This document shows, piece after piece, positions 19,878-28,854 of a stretch of DNA of 64,000 nt; within the stretch, counting starts at the first letter, position 1; every line of letters begins with the position of its first letter. The stretch covers positions 246 through 64,245 of the forward strand of contig CANOLV010000016.1 of NCBI GenBank assembly GCA_947567425.1, in the 5' to 3' direction. The position numbers were made by a program, and so were the translations under genes. This DNA comes from an uncultured Porphyromonadaceae bacterium. Its GTDB lineage: Bacteria > Bacteroidota > Bacteroidia > Bacteroidales > Muribaculaceae. The notes beneath the pieces are model-generated. The model ran no database searches. It was not told the DNA's origin and saw nothing but the letters and a program-made list of their open reading frames with translations.

Positions 19878-21563
19878 TTATTCCATGAGCTTGCGGTAGC
19901 GGCGACGCGGAAGTTCCTTGCCTCCGTTGTGAGCTTTCTTATACTCTTCGTAGTCGGAGTAGGAACCTTCGTAGTACACGACATTGCCTTCGCCTTCAAA
20001 CGACAGGATGTGGGTGCAGATGCGGTCGAGGAACCAGCGGTCGTGGCTGACCACCACTGCGCATCCTGCAAAGTCGTCAAGACCCTCTTCGAGAGCTCTC
20101 AGGGTGTTCACGTCGATGTCGTTGGTCGGTTCGTCAAGCAGCAGCACGTTGCCCTCCTCTTTCAGTGCCATGGCGAGGTGCAGACGGTTGCGTTCGCCGC
20201 CTGACAGCACTCCGATCTTTTTCTCCTGGTCGGCTCCTGTGAAATTGAATTTCGACAGATATGCGCGTGCGTTGACGTCGCGTCCGCCCATTCGGAAGGT
20301 TTCGGTTCCTTGCGAGATGACTTCGTAGACGGTCTTTTCGGGCAGAAGGTCGTGGTGGGTCTGGTCGACGTATGCGATTTTTACGGTCTCGCCGACATCG
20401 AATGTGCCGTTGTCCGGAGTCTCCTGTCCCATTATCAGACGGAAAAGGGTGGTTTTGCCGGCTCCGTTGGGTCCTATCACGCCGACGATGCCGTTGGGCG
20501 GCAGGGTGAAGTTGAGGTCTTTGAACAGTTGCTTTTTCCCGAACGATTTTGCCAGCGACGAAGCTTCGATCACCTTGTTGCCCAGACGCGGGCCGTTGGG
20601 GATGAATATCTCGAGCTTTTCTTCGCGGGCCTTCTGGTCCTCGTTGAGCAGTCGGTCGTAGGAGTTGAGTCGGGCCTTTCCCTTTGCCTGACGGGCTTTG
20701 GGGGCCATGCGCACCCATTCAAGCTCGCGCTCAAGTGTCTTGCGCCGTTTGCTGGCCTGCTTCTCTTCCTGGGCCATGCGTTTGGTCTTCTGTTCGAGCC
20801 ACGACGAGTAGTTGCCCTTCCAGGGGATGCCTTCGCCGCGGTCGAGTTCGAGGATCCAGCCGGCCACATGGTCGAGGAAGTAGCGGTCGTGGGTGATGGC
20901 TATCACCGTGCCGGGATACTGCTGCAGATGCTGTTCGAGCCAGTCGATCGACTCGGCGTCGAGGTGGTTGGTCGGCTCGTCGAGAAGCAGCACGTCGGGC
21001 TGCTGGAGCAGCAGTCGGCACAGTGCCACTCTGCGGCGTTCGCCTCCTGAGAGTGTCGACACTTTCTGGTCGTCCGGCGGGCATTGTAGAGCGTCCATGG
21101 CACGTTCGAGTTTGCTGTCGATGTTCCAGGCGTCAGCCGCGTCGAGCTTGTCCTGCAGTTCGGCCTGACGTGCTATGAGCGCGTCCATCTTGTCGGGGTC
21201 GTCGAGCACGTCCGGATCTGCGAATGCTTCGTTTACTTTGTCAAATTCAGCGAGCAGGTCCATTATGGGCTGCACACCCTCGCGCACTATGTCGATGACG
21301 GTCTTGTCGGGGTCGAGTTTGGGATCCTGCTCCAGATAGCCTACCGAATATCCCGGCGAGAACACGACTTCGCCCTGGTATTGCTTGTCGATTCCGGCGA
21401 TGATCTTGAGCAGCGATGACTTACCCGATCCGTTCAGACCGATGATGCCTATTTTCGCTCCGTAGAAGAAAGAGAGATATATGTTCTTCAGCACTTGTTT
21501 CTGCGGCGGGTAGATCTTGCTCACGCCCACCATGGAGAATATTATTTTCTTGTCGTCAGCCAT
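19878..21563 (-). CDS. ettA: Energy-dependent translational throttle protein EttA (ABC-F)
   Basis: 561 aa. Two ABC cassettes (GLNGSGKSS, GPNGAGKTT; LSGGERRR, LSGGERNR) with an inter-domain linker. Confidence 0.95.
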   Translation of the reverse strand: MADDKKIIFSMVGVSKIYPPQKQVLKNIYLSFFYGAKIGIIGLNGSGKSSLLKIIAGIDKQYQGEVVFSPGYSVGYLEQDPKLDPDKTVIDIVREGVQPIMDLLAEFDKVNEAFADPDVLDDPDKMDALIARQAELQDKLDAADAWNIDSKLERAMDALQCPPDDQKVSTLSGGERRRVALCRLLLQQPDVLLLDEPTNHLDAESIDWLEQHLQQYPGTVIAITHDRYFLDHVAGWILELDRGEGIPWKGNYSSWLEQKTKRMAQEEKQASKRRKTLERELEWVRMAPKARQAKGKARLNSYDRLLNEDQKAREEKLEIFIPNGPRLGNKVIEASSLAKSFGKKQLFKDLNFTLPPNGIVGVIGPNGAGKTTLFRLIMGQETPDNGTFDVGETVKIAYVDQTHHDLLPEKTVYEVISQGTETFRMGGRDVNARAYLSKFNFTGADQEKKIGVLSGGERNRLHLAMALKEEGNVLLLDEPTNDIDVNTLRALEEGLDDFAGCAVVVSHDRWFLDRICTHILSFEGEGNVVYYEGSYSDYEEYKKAHNGGKELPRRRYRKLME

Positions 21564-21601
21564 TATTATATTATAAATGAGTGGTTGATATGAAGTGTTG
21601 G

Positions 21602-22165
21602 TTATTTGCGTTTAGGAGCGTAGCGGACAGGGTAGTCGACACGTTTTTTCCCGGTGATGATGTTGTTGAGCTTGCCTTTGATCAGCTGTTTGCGGATAGG
21701 GGATATATGGTCGATGTAGAGCTTGCCTTCAAGATGGTCGCATTCGTGCTGGACTATGCGGGCGAGGAATCCAGAGATCTCCTCCTGGTGGCTGTTGAAG
21801 TCCTCGTCCACCCAGGTCAGGCGTATGTGTTCGGTTCTCGGCACTGACTCGCTCATGTCGGGGAGGCTGAGGCATCCCTCGTCGCGGTTGACCTTCTCGT
21901 CGCCGAGAATCTCGATCACGGGGTTTATCAGCGTGAATTTGCGTCCTTTGCATTCCGGGTGCACTTCGCCCACCGGATCGGCGTCTATCACTACTATGCG
22001 GTCGTTTCTGCCTATTTGCGGAGCGGCGAGTCCGACACCTTCCGAGTAGTACATGGTCTCCCACATGTCGGCCACGAGGGCTTTCAGGTCGGGATAGTCG
22101 GGGGTGATTTCTTCTGAGACTTTACGGAGCACAGGGTGTCCGTACAGATATATCGGTAGTTTCAT
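21602..22165 (-). CDS. def: Peptide deformylase
   Basis: 187 aa. Motifs [15 protein letters not shown] and QHECDH. Confidence 0.95.
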   Translation of the reverse strand: MKLPIYLYGHPVLRKVSEEITPDYPDLKALVADMWETMYYSEGVGLAAPQIGRNDRIVVIDADPVGEVHPECKGRKFTLINPVIEILGDEKVNRDEGCLSLPDMSESVPRTEHIRLTWVDEDFNSHQEEISGFLARIVQHECDHLEGKLYIDHISPIRKQLIKGKLNNIITGKKRVDYPVRYAPKRK

Positions 22166-22587
22166 TTTGAGTAAGATTTGCTCTGTAGATAATCGTTAAG
22201 TATGATGGTGGCGGCCATCTCGTCGACTATGGCCTTGTCCTGGCGTCTCGACTTTTTCATTCCGCTGTCGAGCATCGACCGGTGGGCTATGGCCGATGTG
22301 AACCGCTCGTCCCACATCAGTATCTCGGTCTGCGGGTCTATCGACTTGCGGAGGGCATTGATGCCGGGGGTTATGTAGCGCATCGATTCCGACGGATTGC
22401 CCTTCATGTCGGTCGGGAGCCCGACCACTATGGCGTCGACCGTCTCTTTGGCCATGTATTCCTTGACGAAGGCGGCCAGGTCGCATGTGCGCACTGTGGC
22501 AAGCCCGGTGGCTACGATGCGTAGCGGGTCGGTCACGGCTATGCCGCAACGTTTTCTGCCGTAGTCTATGGCCATAAGTCGTCCCAT
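22162..22587 (-). CDS. ruvX: Holliday junction resolvase-like RuvX (YqgF)
   Basis: 141 aa. [19 protein letters not shown] pattern. Its stop overlaps the def start (ATGA). Confidence 0.9.
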   Translation of the reverse strand: MGRLMAIDYGRKRCGIAVTDPLRIVATGLATVRTCDLAAFVKEYMAKETVDAIVVGLPTDMKGNPSESMRYITPGINALRKSIDPQTEILMWDERFTSAIAHRSMLDSGMKKSRRQDKAIVDEMAATIILNDYLQSKSYSK

Positions 22588-22700
22588 ATCTGTGCAAAGA
22601 TAACTATAATCCTGCGCTATAGCAAATTTTCATGGTGCCGATGGCGGGTGCCGGGCCGTCGGTTTTGCTAATTTCGGGGAGATTGGCTAATTTTGCCGCT

Positions 22701-24419
22701 ATGGAACAGATGGAAATGACCACGGATAAGGATTCGTGCCGTATACTGGTCAGCGTGATGTTGAAGCACGGTGTCCGGGAGGCTGTCGTGTCGCCCGGAT
22801 CGCGCAATGCGCCGCTCGTGGTGGCGGTGTCGGCATGCGCTGGCATCCGGACCACAGTCGTTGTCGACGAGCGGTGTGCCGCATTCGTAGCGTTGGGTAA
22901 GGCTTCGGTATCGGCGGCGCCGGTCATGCTTGTGTGCACCTCCGGCACCGCCGTGCTGAACTACGCTCCGGCCGTGGCCGAGGCTTATTACCGCAATATA
23001 CCTTTGGTAGTAGTGTCGGCCGACAGGCCCATGGAGTGGATCGATCAGGACGACAGCCAGACGCTGCGCCAGTATGAGGCGCTGTCGCACTACGTCAAGC
23101 GCAGCTACAACATCCCGTCGCCCTGCGCCGACGACGCTCTGCGGTGGTATGTCAACCGCGTGGCCAACGATGCCATGATCAACTGTCTGTCAGGCCGTCG
23201 GGCTCCCGTGCATATCAACGTCCAGCTCGACGCTCCTTTGGGCACTCTTGCGGCTCCTCGGCATGACCGCTGGGCGGAGCGGCATATCCGCATGGTTGAG
23301 CCGGAGATGTCGCTTTCCCCGGAGCAGACGGCCGGTTTGGCCCGGCTCCTGGCTCCCGGACGCAAAGTGCTTGTCATAGCCGGTTTCCACGATCCATGTC
23401 CGGAACTTGACCGGGCGCTTGAGTCGCTGTCGGAGTCGGGCAATGTGGCGGTGATGTGCGAGACGGTGGCCAATCTGCGTTCCGGCAGGTTCATTCACGA
23501 CATCGACGCCACTTTGAGTTCGATGACCGAGGAGGAGCTTGCCGCCATGCGTCCCGACACGGTGGTCACTCTCGGCGGGGCCATAGTGTCCAGATTCGTA
23601 AAGACATATCTGCGCGGGGGAGCGCCGGTGGAGCATATCCACGTGGGCATGACCGACAACACCGTCGACTGCTTTCAGCGGCTGACGGTCAGAGTGCCCA
23701 TGCATCCGGCCGACTTCTTCGGGACGATGGCCGGATATGTCAGGTCGGCCGGCGGTGCGGATCCGTGCGCCGGCGGCTACGGCGTGCGCTGGCAGGACTA
23801 TGCCCTGCGGGGTAGGAGGGTGCATGCCGGATATGTGGAGTCGGCTCCGTGGTCCGACCTTAAGGCCATGGGGTTCGTCATGTCGCATCTGCCCGAAGGG
23901 TGTGCCCTGCAGCTGTCCAACGGCACTTCGGTGCGCTATGCACAGCTGTTTCCGGCCATGCAGGCGGTCCGCTCCGACTGCAACCGCGGCGTGAGCGGTA
24001 TCGACGGGTGTACATCCACGGCCATCGGGGCCTCCACGGAGTATTCCGGCCCGACGGTGTTTGTCACCGGCGACATGAGCGCCCAGTATGACATGGGTGC
24101 TTTTGCGCTCGACTGTGTGCCGGCGCGGTTCAGGATGGTCGTGCTGTGCAACGGTGGCGGAGGCATATTCCGCTTCATCGGCTCCACGTCGGCGCTTCCG
24201 CAGCTGGAGGAGTATTTCGTAGTGCCTCGCCGGTTCCCGTTGCGTCAGCTCGCCGAGGCATACGGCTACGGCTATTTCGAGGCCGGTTCCGAGGAGGACC
24301 TTGCCGTGCAGTTCGACCGGTTCATGGCTCCGTCCGACAGGCCTGCTGTGCTTGCCATACATACTTCGGGCGATGTGAGCGCGTCGGTGCTCCGGGAATA
24401 TTTTCGCCTGAAGGGATGA
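22701..24419 (+). CDS. menD: 2-succinyl-5-enolpyruvyl-6-hydroxy-3-cyclohexene-1-carboxylate synthase
   Basis: ThDP enzyme layout with SPGSRNAPL and the GDMSAQYD ThDP motif. Start set to the ATG at 22701 because a TAATTTTG box lies at 22688-22695, inside the longest ORF. The true start could be 22710 or 22716. Confidence 0.85.
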   Translation: MEQMEMTTDKDSCRILVSVMLKHGVREAVVSPGSRNAPLVVAVSACAGIRTTVVVDERCAAFVALGKASVSAAPVMLVCTSGTAVLNYAPAVAEAYYRNIPLVVVSADRPMEWIDQDDSQTLRQYEALSHYVKRSYNIPSPCADDALRWYVNRVANDAMINCLSGRRAPVHINVQLDAPLGTLAAPRHDRWAERHIRMVEPEMSLSPEQTAGLARLLAPGRKVLVIAGFHDPCPELDRALESLSESGNVAVMCETVANLRSGRFIHDIDATLSSMTEEELAAMRPDTVVTLGGAIVSRFVKTYLRGGAPVEHIHVGMTDNTVDCFQRLTVRVPMHPADFFGTMAGYVRSAGGADPCAGGYGVRWQDYALRGRRVHAGYVESAPWSDLKAMGFVMSHLPEGCALQLSNGTSVRYAQLFPAMQAVRSDCNRGVSGIDGCTSTAIGASTEYSGPTVFVTGDMSAQYDMGAFALDCVPARFRMVVLCNGGGGIFRFIGSTSALPQLEEYFVVPRRFPLRQLAEAYGYGYFEAGSEEDLAVQFDRFMAPSDRPAVLAIHTSGDVSASVLREYFRLKG

Positions 24420-24912
24420 TTGTCTGTCCCGATGGTCGAGGATTGAAGTTAAAACCTATGGTTTAAGTATTTTTAACTTTTGTGTCAGCGGATTTGCCGC
24501 TAATTTCGCGTCGCGAATCGGCTACAAGGCCGAAGGAGGATTACATCACCTTGGCAATTCGGCCCGGAGGGGCTGAAAGTGATGGGACGGCTCTTCCTCC
24601 TTTCGTAAAAAAACGTTACATATAAATCTGAGTCCCGTCTTGCAGAATAGTGAAAGCGTACTTGAGCGGTATGCGTTTCGCCCCGCGTATCTCGGTGAGC
24701 CGAGGTGTGCCGGAAATGACTGCATGGATGGATCGGAATTACTTCTTCTTCCATTAATATCCCCATTTTTCGACTGCGTGAGGTGGCGTGCCGGTTGAGG
24801 CCCGTTGCGCTTTCGTGTGTTTAAATTGTTTTAGAGCCGACCATGGGCGACGGCCAAGGAGTGTTAGAGATTTTTCAGAACTTACATAATTTTATTAGTT
24901 TCAGAATTTGAT

Positions 24913-27447
24913 ATGAGAAATAGCGGAATTATCTGTTTTTTCATCACGGCGTTCATGCTTCTGTGTGCCAGGGATGCCGTTGCGATAAGTTATTATGGGT
25001 ATTATAATGGGGGATACTCGGGCTATGCGATGCTCCTTGACGAGGAGGATGAGGCGCTGACTGAAATCACCATACCGGCGCAGGCTACTGTCGACGGTGT
25101 GACCATGGATGTCGTCTTTGTGACTTATAACCATAACTCTGAAGATGGGAAAGAGCGAACTCCACAGTTCACTAATCTGAAGAAGCTCGTTATAGAGGAT
25201 TCCGATTCTGAGTTGCTTATGGATTATATTTATATATGGACGGGTCCGTATAGTGGTGATTATATAGGAATGTTTGCCAAATGCTCGACTCTCGAGGAGA
25301 TCTATTTGGGGAGAGAACTTGATCATGGGTATTATGAACCACTGGAAGTGGGGTTCAACGAAGCGCCTGTAAAGAAGTTGACATTCGCTGGAAGTGTGAA
25401 GAAAGCCGAGTGGGGTGGTAATAAACGAGACCATCTGGAGGAGCTTATTATTAAAGAGCCGGTGAAGGAGGTATGGAATTTCAGTGGGAGTACGAATCTG
25501 ACATCGGTCTCGCTGCCTAACTCTCTTAAAACGATCTACGATTATGCGTTCGCGGGATGCACCGGCTTGACTTCGATAGCGTTGCCTAATTCTCTTGAAA
25601 GTATCGGCGATGAGGCGTTCAGCGGATGCACCGGCTTGACTTCGTTTACCCTTCCCGGTAGTGTTGTCGATATGGGGTGGAGGTGTTTCAAAGGTTGTAG
25701 GTTCGATACCTTCACGGTCGAATACGGCGAGACGAAATTTACGAGAGAAATCACGCTTGATTATTGCAAGACGCTCAACGTCAATAGAATCGGAGGATAT
25801 TATGACTGTCCGAAGGTGACTGAGCTTAACATAGGTAAGGACATAACCGCGCTTGACCAGCAATTCATGAATATCGAGAATCTGGAGCGGTTCACGATGC
25901 CGGCTAATATTAATGTGGTGATAGCCCCGCTGTTTGAAGGCTGCGAGGGGATTAAGACCTTGACTTTCGAGGAGTCGACCGAGCCTCTCTACCTTACCGG
26001 CAACCTGTTTGACAATTCTCCGGGCCTTGAGGTGCTGAATCTTGACCGTGACCTCTACTACGGACCGATCACCGTGGGTGGGACTCACGACTACGACTGC
26101 AAGCCCTCGTTCGCCAATACGAAGGAGCTGACCACTATCAACTTCGGTCCGGCATTCACCAAGATCGTGCCGGGCATGTTCTCCGGTTGCGAGAGCCTTC
26201 GCTCTGTCTCCATACCCGACGGTGTGGAGATGATCTGCGACAAGGCTTTCTCCGGATGCCTCAAGCTGAAGTCGGTCAACATCGAGGATTCCGACAAGAG
26301 CATCACCATAGAGTCGTCGACCGAAAACGGCGGATATGGCACGACCTTCCTGCTGGCTCCGATCGAGACCATCTACATGGGCCGCAACATAGAGTACAAG
26401 GGCACCGAGCTGTCGCCGTTCAGAAATCTCATCTCACTGCACAACCTGACCATCGGCAACAAGGTGACGGAGATCAACGACTATCTTTACTACGGCTGTG
26501 CCAATCTGACTATGATGGCGGTTCCGTCGTCGGTCAAGCGGGTGGGCGGCTATGCTTTCTACGACTGTTGCGAAGCCAAGACCCTGACCATCTCGCGGTC
26601 GGTGGAGGAGATAGGCGAATATGCGTTCTATAACTGCAACAAGCTTAAGCGTGTCAGCATTCCGAATTCGGTGGTGACCATCGGCGACTATGCTTTCCGC
26701 TCCTGCTCCGGCGCAGAGACCATAAAGATAGGCGACGCCGTGGAGACCATCGGCCAGTATGCTTTCCTCGACTGCTTCGGCGCCAAGACCATCACTATCG
26801 GCGGCTCGGTGAAGACCATCGGTGACAATGCTTTCTATAACTGCGCGTCGCTTCAGCACATCGAGGTTCCGAACTCGGTCAAGACCATCGGCGACAATGC
26901 GTTCGCGCTGTGCGTCGAGGCTGTGGATGCTGTGATTGGAGAGGGTGTGACGGAAGTTGGCATGCGAGCCTTTGCCGACTGCGAGAGCCTTAAGTCGCTG
27001 ACTTTGGGAGCTTCCGTGGCCGACGTGGGCATGATGGCCTTCTTCAACTGCGAGAGCCTTCAGTCGGTATATGCCCGTCCGCAGGTTCCTCCCATGGCCG
27101 ACGAGACCGTGTTCTCCGACTATTCGGCCACGCTCTACGTGCCGAGCGGATGTCTGGCCTCCTACAAGAATGCGTCCGACGACTGCTGGCCTCTGTTCAC
27201 GTCGTGCCGTGAAAGCTCGTTTGACTATTCCGGCATAGACCTCCCCTCCATGCCCGATGCCGACATACCCGTAAGCACGGGCGACGGCTACATCGATTTC
27301 AGCGGATGTGATGCCGGCATGGATGTGACGGTGGTGTCGCTCGACGGAAAAGTGGTGTATTCAGGCCGTCCGGCGCGTCTGGATGTGGCCCCCGGAGTCT
27401 ATGTGGTTCGCGCGGCCACTGATGCTGTGAAGGTGCTCGTCAAGTAA
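24913..27447 (+). CDS. BspA-like leucine-rich-repeat surface protein with T9SS C-terminal sorting domain
   Basis: 844 aa. Signal peptide, many ~23-aa repeats (IP.SV..IGD.AF..C..L..I) and a C-terminal tail (VVSLDGKVVYSG..APGVYVVRA..KVLVK) typical of the T9SS CTD. Confidence 0.8.
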   Translation: MRNSGIICFFITAFMLLCARDAVAISYYGYYNGGYSGYAMLLDEEDEALTEITIPAQATVDGVTMDVVFVTYNHNSEDGKERTPQFTNLKKLVIEDSDSELLMDYIYIWTGPYSGDYIGMFAKCSTLEEIYLGRELDHGYYEPLEVGFNEAPVKKLTFAGSVKKAEWGGNKRDHLEELIIKEPVKEVWNFSGSTNLTSVSLPNSLKTIYDYAFAGCTGLTSIALPNSLESIGDEAFSGCTGLTSFTLPGSVVDMGWRCFKGCRFDTFTVEYGETKFTREITLDYCKTLNVNRIGGYYDCPKVTELNIGKDITALDQQFMNIENLERFTMPANINVVIAPLFEGCEGIKTLTFEESTEPLYLTGNLFDNSPGLEVLNLDRDLYYGPITVGGTHDYDCKPSFANTKELTTINFGPAFTKIVPGMFSGCESLRSVSIPDGVEMICDKAFSGCLKLKSVNIEDSDKSITIESSTENGGYGTTFLLAPIETIYMGRNIEYKGTELSPFRNLISLHNLTIGNKVTEINDYLYYGCANLTMMAVPSSVKRVGGYAFYDCCEAKTLTISRSVEEIGEYAFYNCNKLKRVSIPNSVVTIGDYAFRSCSGAETIKIGDAVETIGQYAFLDCFGAKTITIGGSVKTIGDNAFYNCASLQHIEVPNSVKTIGDNAFALCVEAVDAVIGEGVTEVGMRAFADCESLKSLTLGASVADVGMMAFFNCESLQSVYARPQVPPMADETVFSDYSATLYVPSGCLASYKNASDDCWPLFTSCRESSFDYSGIDLPSMPDADIPVSTGDGYIDFSGCDAGMDVTVVSLDGKVVYSGRPARLDVAPGVYVVRAATDAVKVLVK
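25490..27075 (+). repeat. Internal LRR_5/BspA-type coding repeats
   Basis: Iterated ~69-nt units. For example, an identical 21-mer GGATGCACCGGCTTGACTTCG occurs at 25554 and 25623. Confidence 0.7.
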
Positions 27448-27478
27448 ATAGCCCGGATATATCCCGGGTCTGACCCAT

Positions 27479-27538
27479 ACAGAGGTAGGCCGGTAGCGGT
27501 GTGAGATATCCCGCCCGGCATACCTCTGTTATTTTTTA
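27479..27538 (+). terminator. Rho-independent terminator after the LRR gene
   Basis: Arms ACAGAGGTA..GCCGG / CCGGC..TACCTCTGT, followed by TTATTTTTT. Confidence 0.65.
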
Positions 27539-27738
27539 GCGAAAAAAACTTTGCCGACGATAAAAAGAATGGTAAAATGTTGTGTAAGTGCGGAAAAATT
27601 CGTTACTTTGCAAACTGTTTTTAGGCTCATCCTGTAAAGCCGTTGAGAATGATGCACTTAACGGTGATATGAGACTGAGATGGGAGCCTAAATCCGATAC
27701 GTTAATTAAATAACAAACTAAAAGATAATAAAACAGCC

Positions 27739-27999
27739 ATGTCAAAGATTTGTCAGATTACAGGCAAGAAAGCAATGGTGGGCAACAATGTGTCGCACTC
27801 AAAGCGTCGCACCAAGCGCAAATTCAACGTGAACCTGTTTGAGAAGAAGTTCTACTGGGTAGAACAGGATGCGTGGATTCGTCTAACCATCTCCGCCGCT
27901 GGTCTACGCACCATCAACAAGCTCGGCCTCAACGCCGCCATGATTAAGGCAGCCGAGAAGGGTTTTTTAACTGGAAAAGATATTAAATTTATAGACTAA
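27739..27999 (+). CDS. rpmB: 50S ribosomal protein L28
   Basis: 86 aa, [29 protein letters not shown]. Confidence 0.95.
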   Translation: MSKICQITGKKAMVGNNVSHSKRRTKRKFNVNLFEKKFYWVEQDAWIRLTISAAGLRTINKLGLNAAMIKAAEKGFLTGKDIKFID

Positions 28000-28010
28000 G
28001 AGAGAGTACT

Positions 28011-28199
28011 ATGGCAAAGAAAGCTAAGGGTAACAGAGTGCAAGTGATCCTTGAATGCACCGAGCACAAAGCCAGCGGAATGCCTGGCACTTCCCGTTAT
28101 ATCACCACCAAGAATAGAAAGAACACCACCGAGCGTCTGGAATTGAAGAAATACAATCCTATCCTCAAGCGTGTCACTGTCCACAAAGAAATTAAATAA
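28011..28199 (+). CDS. rpmG: 50S ribosomal protein L33
   Basis: 62 aa, [20 protein letters not shown]...YITTKNRKN. Confidence 0.95.
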   Translation: MAKKAKGNRVQVILECTEHKASGMPGTSRYITTKNRKNTTERLELKKYNPILKRVTVHKEIK

Positions 28200-28209
28200 T
28201 ATTTAAGAT

Positions 28210-28359
28210 ATGGCAAAGAAAACCGTAGCATCACTTCAGAAAGGTGAAGGACGTACCTACAGCAAGGTCATCAAGATGGAAAAATCGCCCAAGACCGGTG
28301 CTTACGTCTTTAAGGAAGAGATGGTTCCTAACGACCAGGTTAAGAACGCTCTTAAGTAA
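28210..28359 (+). CDS. Small DUF4295-like protein (49 aa), third gene of the rpmB-rpmG operon
   Basis: Not in the ORF track (under 60 aa). ATG at 28210 and TAA at 28357. Hand translation: MAKKTVASLQKGEGRTYSKVIKMEKSPKTGAYVFKEEMVPNDQVKNALK. Starts 10 nt after rpmG and is followed by a terminator. Confidence 0.75.
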   Translation: MAKKTVASLQKGEGRTYSKVIKMEKSPKTGAYVFKEEMVPNDQVKNALK

Positions 28360-28416
28360 TCCCGCGCCTGTTGGATTATAGGTAAGGTATAATAAAACAA
28401 TACTATATATGGTCCG

Positions 28417-28449
28417 GAGGGTCGACAGTCATGTCGGCCCTCTTTTTTT
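28417..28449 (+). terminator. Rho-independent terminator of the rpmB operon
   Basis: Stem GAGGGTCGAC/GTCGGCCCTC followed by T7. Confidence 0.8.
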
Positions 28450-28494
28450 GCACATACGCCCGTGCGTCCACGGTTTGATGCGTACATTTTGTTT

Positions 28495-28523
28495 GTAGGG
28501 ACGCACGGGCCGTGCGTCCCTAC
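28495..28523. repeat. Perfect 29-nt palindrome (REP-like hairpin)
   Basis: GTAGGGACGCACGG-g-CCGTGCGTCCCTAC. A 10-nt half-copy CCGTGCGTCC also lies at 28460-28469. Confidence 0.6.
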
Positions 28524-28634
28524 AATTCAATAACTTATCACGTCTGGATAGTTATTATAAATGTTAATACGGTTAATTAAAGTTAAAGCAGAGATTTTTT
28601 CAAGTATGTTGTACTAATATTTCTTTAGAAATGC

Positions 28635-28642
28635 TAATTTTG
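28635..28642 (+). promoter_or_regulatory. -7 promoter box (TAATTTTG) upstream of susC
   Basis: TAnnTTTG match 213 nt upstream of the susC ATG. Long leaders are common for PULs. Confidence 0.35.
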
Positions 28643-28854
28643 CGGATATTCTCTATTCGAAGTTTGTTCTATCGATGAAAAAGCCTCGATAGTGATGATT
28701 AAAGATAGTAAGTTTAACAGACATTTATTCTTTTTTCTACTGACTTAAGCCCTGCATAGGTGTAGGGTGGATAGTGTCTACGCGGTTTATCGTGCTTGGA
28801 AAATTTAAAATTGAGATAATTATTAATTAATTGTAAAACTAAACAAACTCTTGC

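Noticed and set aside
24531-24605. Identification of the nested hairpin as SRP (4.5S) RNA, tmRNA, RNase P RNA or a B12 riboswitch.
   Set aside because: The region lacks the conserved SRP domain IV sequence (GGUCCGGAAGGAAGCAGC-like), any T-arm GGTTCGAnTCC needed for tmRNA, the RNase P GAGGAAAGUCC block and a B12 box. Only a GNAR-like tetraloop is shared, which is insufficient.
24500-24766. 88-aa minus-strand ORF in the menD-LRR intergenic region.
   Set aside because: No start context, no promoter box, and an odd composition (His/Arg/Ser-rich). It overlaps the nested-helix region, so it is more likely non-coding.
25490-27075. Regularly spaced repeats in the LRR genes, considered as a CRISPR array or a non-coding tandem repeat.
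   Set aside because: The repeats are in frame, imperfect at the DNA level, and encode canonical LRR_5 units inside long ORFs. There are no spacer-like unique segments of constant length and no cas genes.
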